A DNA stretch of 64,000 bases from Limisphaerales bacterium (lineage in GTDB: Bacteria > Verrucomicrobiota > Verrucomicrobiia > Limisphaerales > JAJOIW01), in the NCBI GenBank assembly GCA_965657355.1, contig CBFHOE010000003.1:373520-437519 (forward strand). Reading direction: 5' to 3'. Within the stretch, counting starts at the first letter, position 1; each line of letters opens with the position of its first letter. Position numbers and translations under genes: made by a program. Positions 20,265-30,437 of this stretch are shown here, in pieces. The notes beneath the pieces are model-generated. The model ran no database searches and was not told the origin of the DNA. It was given only the letters and a program-made list of their open reading frames with translations.

Positions 20265-20295
20265 GAATTTAGATTATAATTTGTAAGCGAAAAAT

Positions 20296-23200
20296 TTAGT
20301 CTATCCTAACGTCGTCAACAGACCAGCCAGCTTCGTTGATGATTGTATCAGCATCGAGTTGGAATTCGATTCTGATGGTCCGGCCAAGTGCTTCTGCTGG
20401 CAGAGGTTTAGAAACCTTCTTCCAACCATCTCCACTTGATCCATTAAACGATAAAAATTCGATGAGGCCTGAGACAGGAAATCCGGATGCCTCGTCAATT
20501 ATTTCTTCACCATCTTCATCTACAATTCTCACGTGGCACAAATCTATTCCCTCTTCTGTTCGGAAGGATGTTTGGAAAGAGAGAACCGCAGATGTTGCCT
20601 CCGTCAGATCAATAACGGGCGACCTAAGATAAGCGATACTATTATCGAGGTAATTGCCATCTAACTTTGTAGCAAATGCATTTGAGCCTGAATATGGGCC
20701 ATCAATACCTTCTTTGTCTATTTCTCCCAATTCCCATTGCTCACTACCTTCTTTGGCGCCTGTTTGCCAATCCCCTTGCCCACTTTCAAAATCATCGAAG
20801 AAAATGGCTTGTGGACCTTCTGGTAGCGATCCAGAAATGATGTAGAAGGATTCATTCCCATTTGCGTTCTCCACCACAACGGTTGTTGAGGAAGGTTCAC
20901 CGGCTATGTCAGTTACAACTTCCTGCCAATCTGCTCCGGGTGTGAGATTGGATTTGGAAAGTACTTTGTAAGTTGCCCCTGATACAGAATTAAATGTTAA
21001 AGAAACTGTATCGTTTGCATTATCTCGAGAGGCATCCGTGATGATGAAATCACCGAGATCACCGCCACCAACTGACTCCATTACGAAGCTTGATGCTGGA
21101 ACTGGAACCGTCTCAAGAAATCCATCTGCACTGACAAAAAAATCATCCAAAAAGATGGAACCTGCTGTTGTCGTTCCGTCGCGGCTCACGATAAAGAGAT
21201 CTGTTAAATTTGGCTTAACCGCACCGAGGTCCTGAGATCCAGCCGGATTTCGATCTCCCAAATGCCCTTCAAATACCAGCTCTCTCTCCTCACCGTCTCT
21301 GGCGATATAAACATTCATCAGATCCCCATTTTCGATGGTGTCATTAGTGATATCAATCCATACATTATAAACTATTCCAGATTCTATTTCGGTCGGCGCT
21401 GGAATATACGAACTTCCAATTCCATCTCTGGCCTGGAGTTCGCCGGGAAAGAATCCCTCGGTCTTATTGACTCGTACGTATGAGCCTAAGTTCCCACCGG
21501 CATCACTTGCAAATCTCAAGGTTTTTTCTGTCAAACCCACGTTAATGCCGTAAGGGCTAAATGCATTGTCTGAATAAAACCTGAAAAAGATTGTTGTCTC
21601 AGAGCCTTCTTCATTTTCAAGCGAGCCCAGCTTGATGTTGCTCAGTGCGTTATTCCCCATTGGTGAAAAGACATTGTTTGAACCAAGGGCTAAAACATCT
21701 GAGCGACCTTCAGCATTGAGCCAGCGCCCCTGTCCGTTAATCTGGCCGGCTTCAAGACCCTCGAAGTTTTCTATAAGAATCCATCCGTCTTGGACGTCAG
21801 CAGCCACGGTGACGGAAATTTCTGCGGATATTGATTCGCCATCGCGTGAGATTGTCAGGACAAATGTAGTATCCTCATCGACCTGCGCTGCCACAGATCC
21901 AACTCCGAATACAGATGAATCATTTACGTTTCCGACGCCTGGTTGGATATCAATCTGGGCATCTGGGTTGACATCCCAGGATAGATTTACAGTGCTTCCT
22001 GCTGCTACGGATGTGAATTCGGCTTCAAATTCTCGTATTTCGAGTGGGGCTGCTGGAGGTTCCGGCGGTAAAACGACTCCATCTTGAATAATAGTATCTA
22101 TTTCCTCTGCCGAAAGTGCTCTTTTCCAAATAGCCACTTCATCAATCAATCCAGACACCCAATGTGATTGAACAGATCTTTGAATACCACCAATAGAGGT
22201 ATTGTTTACTGGGAAATCCCCTTCAGGTCTATCAGGTAGAACAAGGTCGTCAGCCACGCCATCGATAAGAAGCGTACGCACCCCATTATTTTCTCGATAA
22301 ACAAGGTGCCTCCATCCGCCATCAAATGCCTCACCCAATGAATGTTCGTGGTTTATGGTCGACCACCCTCCGGCACCATTGCGAATATAAAAATCAACAG
22401 TGCCGTCAGAACCCTGATTGTGTGTTCCAATATTAAACAAAGGGTTGTTATCTAGACTGCTTCCTTCGCTAAAAACTCTGAGATCCGACTGGCCAGTCCC
22501 AACTACATTGACCCACATCGATATTGTGAAAGAGTCATGCTGATTTGCTGGAAGGTTTTCTCCTGGGTTATGGATTCTACTTAGTATTGTATTTCTTGTG
22601 TTATCAAACTGAAATGCATTTCCCCTCTGTCCTTCCACGACATCCTCTTCAGTAAGATTAAATATTTCCATATCATAGCCTGATACCTTGTCAGGTGTTT
22701 TATTACCTTGGATCTCATCCAATGGCCAATATGATACAAGTCCGCGAGCTAGTGGATGAAGGACACTCTCCATGCCTTGTTGATTTAGTTCCTGGATTTC
22801 ATCATCGGTAATCGCCCTTTTCCAGATGGCGACTTCATCGATCAAGCCCGAAACCCAATGAGAAGTTACTGATCTTTGAATGCCACCAATGGAACTATTA
22901 TTCACAGGAAAGTCAGTTTCTGGCCGCTCTGGTAATGCAATGCCATCGTCTTGACCATCCACATTTAGAGTTCGGAATCCATTTTCTTCTCTATAAACAA
23001 TGAGTCTCCACTCATCGTCGAATGCTTCTGTGTTTGAGTGGAGGTGATTCACCGTGTCCCAACCCCCAGCTCCATTTCTAATATAAAAATCGACGGTTCC
23101 ATCTGAACCTTGGTTGTGCGTTCCTATATTAAATAGCGGGTTATTATCTAGACTGCTTCCTTCACTGAAGACCCTCAGATCCGCCTGACCTGCCCCAGGA

Positions 23201-23538
23201 ATTTTTACCCACATGGCTATTGTAAATGATTCATGCTGATTCGCAGGCAAATCCTCTCCATCTTCATGAATGCGTTTAAGAATACTATTTTTTGCATTAT
23301 CGAATTGAAATGCACTTCCAAATCTTCCCTCCACGATATCTTCATTCGTGAGATTCTCAACGACCATATCGTAGCCTGAGATTATGTCTGGAGTCTTATC
23401 TCCCTGGATTTCGTCTAATGGCCAAAATGAGACAAGATCATCTTTCAATTCTGCAGAGACGTTTGATAAGGAAAGCAAAAATGCTCCTGCTATGACAAAG
23501 GTCCTGAGTGATTTTTTCAGTTTTTTAATTATATTCAT
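20296..23538 (-). CDS. Large acidic secreted protein with two tandem LamG/ConA-like domains, an FYR module and a C-terminal MAM/adhesin-like domain
   Basis: Signal peptide from the likely start MNIIKK; two copies of LVS(F/Y)WPLDE...FTI.MWV...GLIDEVAIWKRA; C-terminal FFDDFESG...LRSPVIDLT...GWSVDDVRI. Confidence 0.85.
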   Translation of the reverse strand: MNIIKKLKKSLRTFVIAGAFLLSLSNVSAELKDDLVSFWPLDEIQGDKTPDIISGYDMVVENLTNEDIVEGRFGSAFQFDNAKNSILKRIHEDGEDLPANQHESFTIAMWVKIPGAGQADLRVFSEGSSLDNNPLFNIGTHNQGSDGTVDFYIRNGAGGWDTVNHLHSNTEAFDDEWRLIVYREENGFRTLNVDGQDDGIALPERPETDFPVNNSSIGGIQRSVTSHWVSGLIDEVAIWKRAITDDEIQELNQQGMESVLHPLARGLVSYWPLDEIQGNKTPDKVSGYDMEIFNLTEEDVVEGQRGNAFQFDNTRNTILSRIHNPGENLPANQHDSFTISMWVNVVGTGQSDLRVFSEGSSLDNNPLFNIGTHNQGSDGTVDFYIRNGAGGWSTINHEHSLGEAFDGGWRHLVYRENNGVRTLLIDGVADDLVLPDRPEGDFPVNNTSIGGIQRSVQSHWVSGLIDEVAIWKRALSAEEIDTIIQDGVVLPPEPPAAPLEIREFEAEFTSVAAGSTVNLSWDVNPDAQIDIQPGVGNVNDSSVFGVGSVAAQVDEDTTFVLTISRDGESISAEISVTVAADVQDGWILIENFEGLEAGQINGQGRWLNAEGRSDVLALGSNNVFSPMGNNALSNIKLGSLENEEGSETTIFFRFYSDNAFSPYGINVGLTEKTLRFASDAGGNLGSYVRVNKTEGFFPGELQARDGIGSSYIPAPTEIESGIVYNVWIDITNDTIENGDLMNVYIARDGEERELVFEGHLGDRNPAGSQDLGAVKPNLTDLFIVSRDGTTTAGSIFLDDFFVSADGFLETVPVPASSFVMESVGGGDLGDFIITDASRDNANDTVSLTFNSVSGATYKVLSKSNLTPGADWQEVVTDIAGEPSSTTVVVENANGNESFYIISGSLPEGPQAIFFDDFESGQGDWQTGAKEGSEQWELGEIDKEGIDGPYSGSNAFATKLDGNYLDNSIAYLRSPVIDLTEATSAVLSFQTSFRTEEGIDLCHVRIVDEDGEEIIDEASGFPVSGLIEFLSFNGSSGDGWKKVSKPLPAEALGRTIRIEFQLDADTIINEAGWSVDDVRID
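22085..23450 (-). repeat. Intragenic tandem duplication of a ~230-aa LamG domain
   Basis: DLRVFSEGSSLDNNPLFNIGTHNQGSDGTVDFYIRNGAGGW is identical in both copies; DNA differs mostly at third positions; boundaries approximate. Confidence 0.85.
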
Positions 23539-23789
23539 CTTTGGAACTTTATTTAATATTTTATAAATGCGTACACGCAAAAATGGCTTCTCCATGGAAG
23601 TCTAATTTGGGTGAACCAAAATAATCTCATAATTTTTTCAGTAGGCAATAATAACTAATTAAATTGTAGATTTTACGTGCTACAATTTTAAAAATTATTC
23701 GATAAGGCGACTAATTATTTTCCGAAAAATAAATAAATATGTCTCCAGGTTCACGGTGTTGGCAAAGTTTGAAGCCACCATTAGTCAAC

Positions 23790-23821
23790 AAAAAAACCCT
23801 CCATGTGTATAGAAGGGTTTT
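23790..23821 (-). terminator. Intrinsic terminator after metY
   Basis: AAAAAAACCCT...AGGGTTTT stem giving a U tract on the minus strand. Confidence 0.65.
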
Positions 23822-23853
23822 GAACGTGAGAATTAAAAATAGGATATTTTTAA

Positions 23854-25134
23854 TTATTGGGACGCGGCCAAAGCACTATCGATATCGCCGAGTATATCGG
23901 CAACATTTTCAATGCCTACAGAAAGTCTTACCAGACCAGGTGTAATACCACCTGCTGCTTGTTGCTCTTCTGAAAGCTGGCTATGAGTTGTCGTCGCTGG
24001 ATGTATCGCCAAGCTCTTGGCATCTCCTACGTTGGCAAGGTGAGAGAATAGTTTCACGTTTTCGATGAATTTGCGTCCGGCGTCAGCACCACCTTTGATA
24101 CCGAAAACAACCATCGCTCCACCCTTTCCTTGTAAGTATTTTTTATTGAGCTCAAAGTTTTTGTCCGATTCAAGTCCTGGGTAACGAACCCATTCAACGC
24201 TTGGGTGGTTTTCTAAATGCTTTGCAACTGCCAGAGAGTTTTCACAGTGGCGATCCATTCTCAAAGGAAGAGTTTCAATACCCTGAAGGAAATTCCAGGC
24301 ATTATCAGGGGAAATGCAAGCTCCCAAGTTTCTTAGAGGTATGACGCGCATGCGGATAGCATAGGCTACCGGGGCCAGCATATCTGGCAAATCATAGGCC
24401 CATCGGGCTCCATTATAGCTGGAGTCTGGCTCTGTCATTAGCGGGAACTTTTCTGACTGCCAATTAAACTTGCCTGAATCGACGACTATACCACCTATAC
24501 CACTTCCATGACCCCCGAGCCATTTGGTCAGGGAGTGGATGACAATGTCTGCTCCATGTTCGATAGGGCTTGTAAGATATGGGGTCGAAAACGTACTATC
24601 AACGATAAGGGGTAGACCATTGTCGTGCGCTACCTTCGATATGGACTCAAGATCGGCCACGTCCAATCCTGGGTTGCTGACTGTTTCGCAAAATAAGGCC
24701 TTTGTTTTTGGGGTAATCGCTTTGGCAAAATTCTCGGGGTCATTCGGGTCTACAAAATGTACCTTAATTCCTAACTTGGGCAGGATATCATTGAATTGCG
24801 TAAAAGTTCCACCGTAAAGGTTATTGGCAGACACGATTTCATCGCCCGCTTGGCATATGTTAATAATAGAATAAAAGACGGCAGATGTGCCGGAGCTCAA
24901 CGCCAGCGCGGCAGCACCCCCCTCAAGTCCTGCAACCCGTTGTTCCAGGACATCTTGAGTGGGATTCATGATCCTGGAATAAATATTACCTAGCTCTGTC
25001 AGAGCAAATAAATTCGCTGCATGTTCGGTGTCTTTAAAAGTAAATGAGCTGGTCCTGTAAACTGGCACTGCTCGAGAATGAGTCACTGCATCTGGTTCAT
25101 GACCGCCGTGTAAACAAATGGTTTCAAATTTCAT
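23854..25134 (-). CDS. metY: O-acetylhomoserine aminocarboxypropyltransferase / cysteine synthase
   Basis: GNIYSRIMNPT, NLYGGT, PLP-Lys motif HSLTKWLGGHG, LANVGDAKSLAIHPATTTHSQL. Confidence 0.93.
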   Translation of the reverse strand: MKFETICLHGGHEPDAVTHSRAVPVYRTSSFTFKDTEHAANLFALTELGNIYSRIMNPTQDVLEQRVAGLEGGAAALALSSGTSAVFYSIINICQAGDEIVSANNLYGGTFTQFNDILPKLGIKVHFVDPNDPENFAKAITPKTKALFCETVSNPGLDVADLESISKVAHDNGLPLIVDSTFSTPYLTSPIEHGADIVIHSLTKWLGGHGSGIGGIVVDSGKFNWQSEKFPLMTEPDSSYNGARWAYDLPDMLAPVAYAIRMRVIPLRNLGACISPDNAWNFLQGIETLPLRMDRHCENSLAVAKHLENHPSVEWVRYPGLESDKNFELNKKYLQGKGGAMVVFGIKGGADAGRKFIENVKLFSHLANVGDAKSLAIHPATTTHSQLSEEQQAAGGITPGLVRLSVGIENVADILGDIDSALAASQ

Positions 25135-25247
25135 GGTATACTTCCCAAAATTATATTTTTCTTAGATATATGCCAAGCGTTAGAATTAGTTTTATTGCCT
25201 TGTTAACCTATTTTTCTCCTCTTAATTGGCTCAAATTACTATTCGAA

Positions 25248-26060
25248 CTACCTCATGTTAAGACATGCTGTTACTGGCGTCTTTTTGATATTTAAGCCAA
25301 TTTTTGTGGCGCAGGATTGGTCCTTTATGGATACCTCCCAATAGCCGCTTGAACCAGAAATGAATGTCGGGGTATTAGCAGGCATGCTAGCATAATTTAA
25401 AGAAGTGTCGCCAATGGGGATGGCTTTCTCCAAGCCATCAATCCATAAAATTGTCCCCGGATTGACTTTTCTCTCCAAATCAGTCGCTGATGGGATATTG
25501 GTAATAAGGTTCCCAAAATGATCAATGTAGAGAATCTCGAATGTAATGGAATCACTTTTTACTGACAGCCTTGATTCGGAAAGGGTGATGATATTGCTCG
25601 TCGATCGGCCCGCAGATATCGGAGTGGATCCACTAGCAATCTTTGCCGCTGAAAAAGCAAAAACATCTCTGCCATGGAATGTTTGAGATACTTCCGTATT
25701 CATCCATTCATAGTTCTCGATTATGTAAATATTTTTTGGTGGAAATATTTTTAAAACGTCCGTAAAGACGCCATTATCAGGTCCAATAAAAATTGGCCCC
25801 TCTGTCTCGATTATGAGTGGAGCTCTCTCACTGCCAACCCCTGGATCTACTACAGCAGTATGAATGGAATTCATAGGGAAATACGGGCAGGCATTTCTGA
25901 GTGTGAAAGCTGCCTCTTTGATATTACCTTGCTGGATTTCGTGGTTTATGTCTACGAATTGGACGTCTAGATTTTTAGTCTTGCTCAGTATGACCCCTTT
26001 CATCGTTCCTACATACCAATTTTTAGTACCGAAATCTGTGGTCAAAGTGATAGTTCTCAT
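25248..26060 (-). CDS. SAM hydrolase (SAM hydroxide adenosyltransferase, DUF62 / fluorinase-chlorinase superfamily)
   Basis: ITLTTDFG, YVGTMKGVI, VVDPGVGSER, GPDNG, TFHGRDVFA, IDHFGNLITN. Confidence 0.9.
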   Translation of the reverse strand: MRTITLTTDFGTKNWYVGTMKGVILSKTKNLDVQFVDINHEIQQGNIKEAAFTLRNACPYFPMNSIHTAVVDPGVGSERAPLIIETEGPIFIGPDNGVFTDVLKIFPPKNIYIIENYEWMNTEVSQTFHGRDVFAFSAAKIASGSTPISAGRSTSNIITLSESRLSVKSDSITFEILYIDHFGNLITNIPSATDLERKVNPGTILWIDGLEKAIPIGDTSLNYASMPANTPTFISGSSGYWEVSIKDQSCATKIGLNIKKTPVTACLNMR

Positions 26061-26125
26061 TTTCTGATAATTATTATTGAATACCTTCCGCGTTTGGAGG
26101 ACAAAATAGAACTATCACATATTCT

Positions 26126-26821
26126 ATGGACAGCGATAAGAAGCTTATACTTGTTACGGGAGGAACGAGAGGGATAGGCAGGGCATTGATCAAGCACTTT
26201 ATAGCTCTTGGTCATTCAGTCGTGGGATGTGCCAGAACAGCTGGGCACATCAGAAGTTTGCGCCAGGAATTTGGCGATCCCAATGATTTTTATGCCGTCG
26301 ATGTATCTTCGAACGAAGAGGTGAAATCTTGGGCTAGTCTGGTGATAAATTCTCACGGTGTTCCCGACATTATCGTAAACAATGCTGCTGTGATAAATCT
26401 CTCCAACCCACTTTGGGAAGTGCCTTCTGAGGAATTTGACAAGGTGATAGACATCAACATAAAGGGAACAGCAAATATCATTCGGCATTTTGTTCCGAGC
26501 ATGGTTAAAAACAGAAACGGTAACATAGTTAATTTTAGCTCAGGGTGGGGGAGAAGTGCCGATGCAGAAGTTGCTCCGTATTGTGCGTCCAAATGGGCCA
26601 TTGAAGGGATGACACTTTCTCTTTCTATGGAATTACCCAGTCCAATGGCAGCGGTCGCATTAAGCCCCGGTTGTGTGAATACCGAGATGCTTCAAACCTG
26701 TTTTGGTGGCGATGCTTCCCATCACGTCTCTCCGGAGGTGTGGGCCAGAACCGGCGCCAAATTTATCCTAGATATTGATCATTCCATGAATGGGACCTCA
26801 CAGACTCATTCACCTCGATAA
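26126..26821 (+). CDS. Short-chain dehydrogenase/reductase
   Basis: TGGTRGIG, NNAA, SSGWG, YCASK catalytic motif. Confidence 0.92.
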   Translation: MDSDKKLILVTGGTRGIGRALIKHFIALGHSVVGCARTAGHIRSLRQEFGDPNDFYAVDVSSNEEVKSWASLVINSHGVPDIIVNNAAVINLSNPLWEVPSEEFDKVIDINIKGTANIIRHFVPSMVKNRNGNIVNFSSGWGRSADAEVAPYCASKWAIEGMTLSLSMELPSPMAAVALSPGCVNTEMLQTCFGGDASHHVSPEVWARTGAKFILDIDHSMNGTSQTHSPR

Positions 26822-27489
26822 TGCTCCTTAGTTCTCCTTCGAAACTCGCCTCAGGAAATCAGGATCGTCATAGGTTTGAACAAATTTCAGATGCCATATT
26901 CAGGTGGAATTTTTTTTCAAAGTACCACAAGGTGGATTTGACTTCGCATTGTATCATCACTCGAAACCAACTTTACCTTTTTGACCCGGTCAGTGCTTGC
27001 TCACTACCTTCTGGTTACTCTGGTGGAAGTATTATCCTAACTAATTCAAATCATGAAAGGGTATCCGGGGTAGCGGGTGTCACCTTTGACATGAAGGTGT
27101 ATGCCTCGCAAAAAGTGCAGTTTTCCTCCAGCTATTTTCCAGCTGAGCGCTTTGATAATAAGGATGAAAAGCCACCAGACCAATTTAGGGATTGGGAATT
27201 GATGCCGATCGAAGGGGGCGCCGATGGTGAGTTTGCATTTTTCAATCCCGACCTGAAGATTGCAATCTTTGGAGATAGTCTCATCAATCTACCGGGAAGA
27301 GGTTTGGAAATTCTCCCCGAAAAATACTGCTCCGATCGAAGACTTTTAGAAGAACAACTACGCCTTTGGTGGCAAAAATACATGAACAAAGTCCACTGGA
27401 TGCTCTTTGCTCATGGTTCTCCGTTGTTTTTTCCGCGCAGTGCGTTTGACATGCAATCTCTTGAGAACCATCTTTTTCATGGTAGATGA
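26821..27489 (+). CDS. Metallo-beta-lactamase-fold protein (degenerate metal site)
   Basis: LFDP, IILTNSNHER in place of HxHxDH, IFGDSLIN, LFAHGSP; start overlaps the SDR stop. Confidence 0.6.
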   Translation: MLLSSPSKLASGNQDRHRFEQISDAIFRWNFFSKYHKVDLTSHCIITRNQLYLFDPVSACSLPSGYSGGSIILTNSNHERVSGVAGVTFDMKVYASQKVQFSSSYFPAERFDNKDEKPPDQFRDWELMPIEGGADGEFAFFNPDLKIAIFGDSLINLPGRGLEILPEKYCSDRRLLEEQLRLWWQKYMNKVHWMLFAHGSPLFFPRSAFDMQSLENHLFHGR

Positions 27490-27519
27490 TGCCATTTGTC
27501 ATAATATGACGCTTGTAAG

Positions 27520-28386
27520 ATGGATTCTTTAATTGAAAAGTTAGACCAATTGAAAACCGTGCTGAAGGGATACAAGAGATGCCTTATTGCTTATTCCGGT
27601 GGTGTCGATTCGGTTTTTCTTTCCTACGTAGCCCATCAAGTATTGGGTGATCAAAGTCTAGCCGTTATTGCCGACTCCCCATCCCTAGCTAGGGAGGAGC
27701 TCAAAGAGGCATTAGAGATTTCCGAACAATTCAAATTTCCAGTAAGAGTCATCCAAACCGAGGAATTCGAAAATGAATCTTATCTCAAGAATGCGCCAAA
27801 TCGTTGTTATTTCTGTAAAAGTGCTCTTTTTGAAAAATTAAAATCCATTGTTGATGCAGAAAATTATGATGTGATTGCCTACGGTGAAAATTTAGATGAC
27901 GTTGGCGATATCCGGCCTGGAGCAGTGGCAGCCGAAAAATATTCAATCCAAGCACCACTGAAACAATGTCAGTTTTCGAAAGCCGATGTGAGAGAAGCCT
28001 CGCGCCAGATGGGCCTTCCCACAGCAGAAAAGCCTCAAATGGCTTGCCTTAGTTCCAGAATCCCTCACGGGGACCCCGTGACTGAAAAGAAGTTGAAAAT
28101 GGTCGAACAATCTGAGTTGTTTCTCAAGAAACTCGGGTTTTATGGACCTAGAGTCCGGTGTCATGAGCTTTCTTTTGGTTTTTTAGCTCGCATCGAAATT
28201 CAGCCTGGTGACTGGAAGCTAATTTCCAATTTTGATCTCGCTTCCGAAATAGATTCTACCTTCAAAGGGTTTGGTTTTTGCTATTCTACTTTTGATCTTG
28301 GCGGTTATAAAAGAGGTGGCAGATCTACCCAGGAGAATATTTCAGGACGTTTGAAAGACAAAAATCTGGCCTCCAAATCGACCTGA
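27520..28386 (+). CDS. larE: ATP-dependent sulfur transferase LarE (PP-loop)
   Basis: AYSGGVDS PP-loop, NRCYFCK, G.N.DD..D.RPG, ACLSSRIPHG. Confidence 0.88.
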   Translation: MDSLIEKLDQLKTVLKGYKRCLIAYSGGVDSVFLSYVAHQVLGDQSLAVIADSPSLAREELKEALEISEQFKFPVRVIQTEEFENESYLKNAPNRCYFCKSALFEKLKSIVDAENYDVIAYGENLDDVGDIRPGAVAAEKYSIQAPLKQCQFSKADVREASRQMGLPTAEKPQMACLSSRIPHGDPVTEKKLKMVEQSELFLKKLGFYGPRVRCHELSFGFLARIEIQPGDWKLISNFDLASEIDSTFKGFGFCYSTFDLGGYKRGGRSTQENISGRLKDKNLASKST

Positions 28387-28454
28387 ACCGCCAAAATACT
28401 TTGGAAACATTTCATTTTCCCGAACGTATATAAAGAACGAAGAGCACATTTCCA

Positions 28455-29792
28455 ATGCCTGAATTTGCATACAAAGCACGAAAAAAAAGTGGAGACCTTG
28501 TTGAAGGTGTCGTCACTGGTGCGGATCGTACCCAAGCACTCACCCAGATTGGTAAATTAGGACTATACCCGGTGCGCGTCGATGCCGCTGGAGGTGAAAA
28601 AAAGAAATCATCGCGAGAAAAGCCGACAAGAAAAAATTCCAAAGCACCTGCTGGCTTGGGTTATAAAGTTGCTGAGAAGAAGAAAAAGGTGACGAGTCAC
28701 GACGCGAGGCAAGCTTCATCCATAAAATCATCTTCCAAGAATCTTAATTTCAGAAAGCCAAAACTGACTGAGGTCGCTAATTTCACCCGGCAGTTTGCAA
28801 ACCTTTTACAGTCTGGAATGCCGTTAACTTCTGCCCTCAACAGCATGAGTTATATCGGGACAAAAGGTATCCCAGGGTCGATGTGCCAAGAAATCCGTCA
28901 GCAAGTCACAGAGGGGTCCAATTTGTCGGATGCCATGGCGAGAAAAGGTAAAGTCTTTTCGGATTTATACATCAATATGGTCCGTGCCGGCGAAGAATCT
29001 GGAGCCTTAACTCAGGTTTTAAAAAGACTCGCAGACCATTACGAGCGCTTCTCAGAGGTCCAACAAAAATTCAAATCGGCAATGATCTACCCAAGTGTGG
29101 TGGTTTCGGTTGGGGTTCTTCTTGTTTTATGCTTCATGAAGTTCATGCTTCCCAAATTTCTCACCGTATTCGAAGGGGTGAATGTCGAATTGCCAACCTC
29201 AACGAAGATGCTTATCGTTATCAGTGAATTTGTAAATATTTACTGGTGGGCAATTTTAGGTGGGATTTTCCTATTTATTATCGCGTTCATCCGCTTCAAA
29301 ACGACCCCGGCAGGTGCTAAACAGATTGACGAATGGTCCATGAAAATGCCTCTTTTCGGAAAGGTTGTCAGACTTAATCTTTTTGGGCAATTTGCAAGAA
29401 CGCTCTCTACTCTCCTCGTCAATGGAGTGCCGGTACTGGTTGCTCTGAAAATCACAGAGAAAACCATCCCCAATCAGATTATACGTGAGGCCATTGGTAA
29501 AACTCGCGATGATGTCACTGACGGAAAAACGCTCGCTGAACCTTTGGCTAGGAGTCGTATTTTTCCTCAGCTTATGATCGATTTACTTCGAATCGGAGAG
29601 GAGACAGGAGACGTCCCTGGAGCCCTTGAAAATGTCGCAAATACATATGAATCAGAGCTTTCCAATCAGCTAAAGGTCCTGACCAACCTCATTGAGCCAA
29701 TAATGATTATCGTAATTGCTGTGCTAGTGGCAGGCCTCATGTTTAGCGTCCTCTCTGCCATGATGGCGATCACAAGAAGTGTTGCTTCCTAG
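28455..29792 (+). CDS. gspF: Type II secretion inner-membrane platform protein GspF
   Basis: FTRQFANLLQSG, MVRAGEESGAL, AMIYP, IGEETGDV, LIEPIMI; directly precedes pseudopilin genes. Confidence 0.88.
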   Translation: MPEFAYKARKKSGDLVEGVVTGADRTQALTQIGKLGLYPVRVDAAGGEKKKSSREKPTRKNSKAPAGLGYKVAEKKKKVTSHDARQASSIKSSSKNLNFRKPKLTEVANFTRQFANLLQSGMPLTSALNSMSYIGTKGIPGSMCQEIRQQVTEGSNLSDAMARKGKVFSDLYINMVRAGEESGALTQVLKRLADHYERFSEVQQKFKSAMIYPSVVVSVGVLLVLCFMKFMLPKFLTVFEGVNVELPTSTKMLIVISEFVNIYWWAILGGIFLFIIAFIRFKTTPAGAKQIDEWSMKMPLFGKVVRLNLFGQFARTLSTLLVNGVPVLVALKITEKTIPNQIIREAIGKTRDDVTDGKTLAEPLARSRIFPQLMIDLLRIGEETGDVPGALENVANTYESELSNQLKVLTNLIEPIMIIVIAVLVAGLMFSVLSAMMAITRSVAS

Positions 29793-29798
29793 CTAAAA

Positions 29799-30419
29799 AT
29801 GATGAAAAAGCCGATGCGACTCAATAATTCTCAGTCAAACCGTGGATTTACCATGGTAGAGGTTATGGTGGTATTGGGGATTGCAGCGATGTTAGTTACC
29901 ATGGCTATTCCATTTGTCGGTGGGCTTTTCAATGAAAATCCCATAAGGGATACGACAAAAGAAGTCATGAGCCTGCTGGAACAGGCACGCGCACAATCCA
30001 TCCTCACTGGAAAACCCTATGAATTTGTTATTTCTCGGCAGGATTACAAAATTATTGTCAGGCCGGCACCCGAGCAAAAACCAAACCCTCTCGATCCAAA
30101 TGCCATCGCATCTTTTGATGATGCCTCCATTTCGATAGATGGGGTTTCTGATACAGACTCAACATCAAAAAAAGCAGGCAAAACATTGGAAGGGGATATT
30201 CACCCCGAAATAACCATTGAATTAATCGACGTTAATTATGTTGATATGTCCGAATTTGAACAGGCTATTGTCAATTTTCGCCCTAATGGCACGTCAGATA
30301 AATTTACTTTCGTATTCCAGAGAGGTCCTGGTGAATACAGACTCATCAGACTCGATATGATGACTGCTTTAGCGAATTTCGAGACGGATCCTCAAAAGTT
30401 TCTCGATACACAGTACTGA
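29799..30419 (+). CDS. gspH: Minor pseudopilin GspH/FimT-like
   Basis: Prepilin site RG|FTMVEVMVV, ARAQSIL, FRPNGTSD. Confidence 0.78.
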   Translation: MMKKPMRLNNSQSNRGFTMVEVMVVLGIAAMLVTMAIPFVGGLFNENPIRDTTKEVMSLLEQARAQSILTGKPYEFVISRQDYKIIVRPAPEQKPNPLDPNAIASFDDASISIDGVSDTDSTSKKAGKTLEGDIHPEITIELIDVNYVDMSEFEQAIVNFRPNGTSDKFTFVFQRGPGEYRLIRLDMMTALANFETDPQKFLDTQY

Positions 30420-30437
30420 AAATGGAGGTCGGCAAAA

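Noticed and set aside
25135..25247. SAM riboswitch upstream of metY
   Set aside because: The gap is short and AT-rich with no SAM-I/II/V core motifs visible
25248..26060. Fluorinase or chlorinase
   Set aside because: Asp-Arg-His hydrolase triad is present and there is no halometabolite gene context
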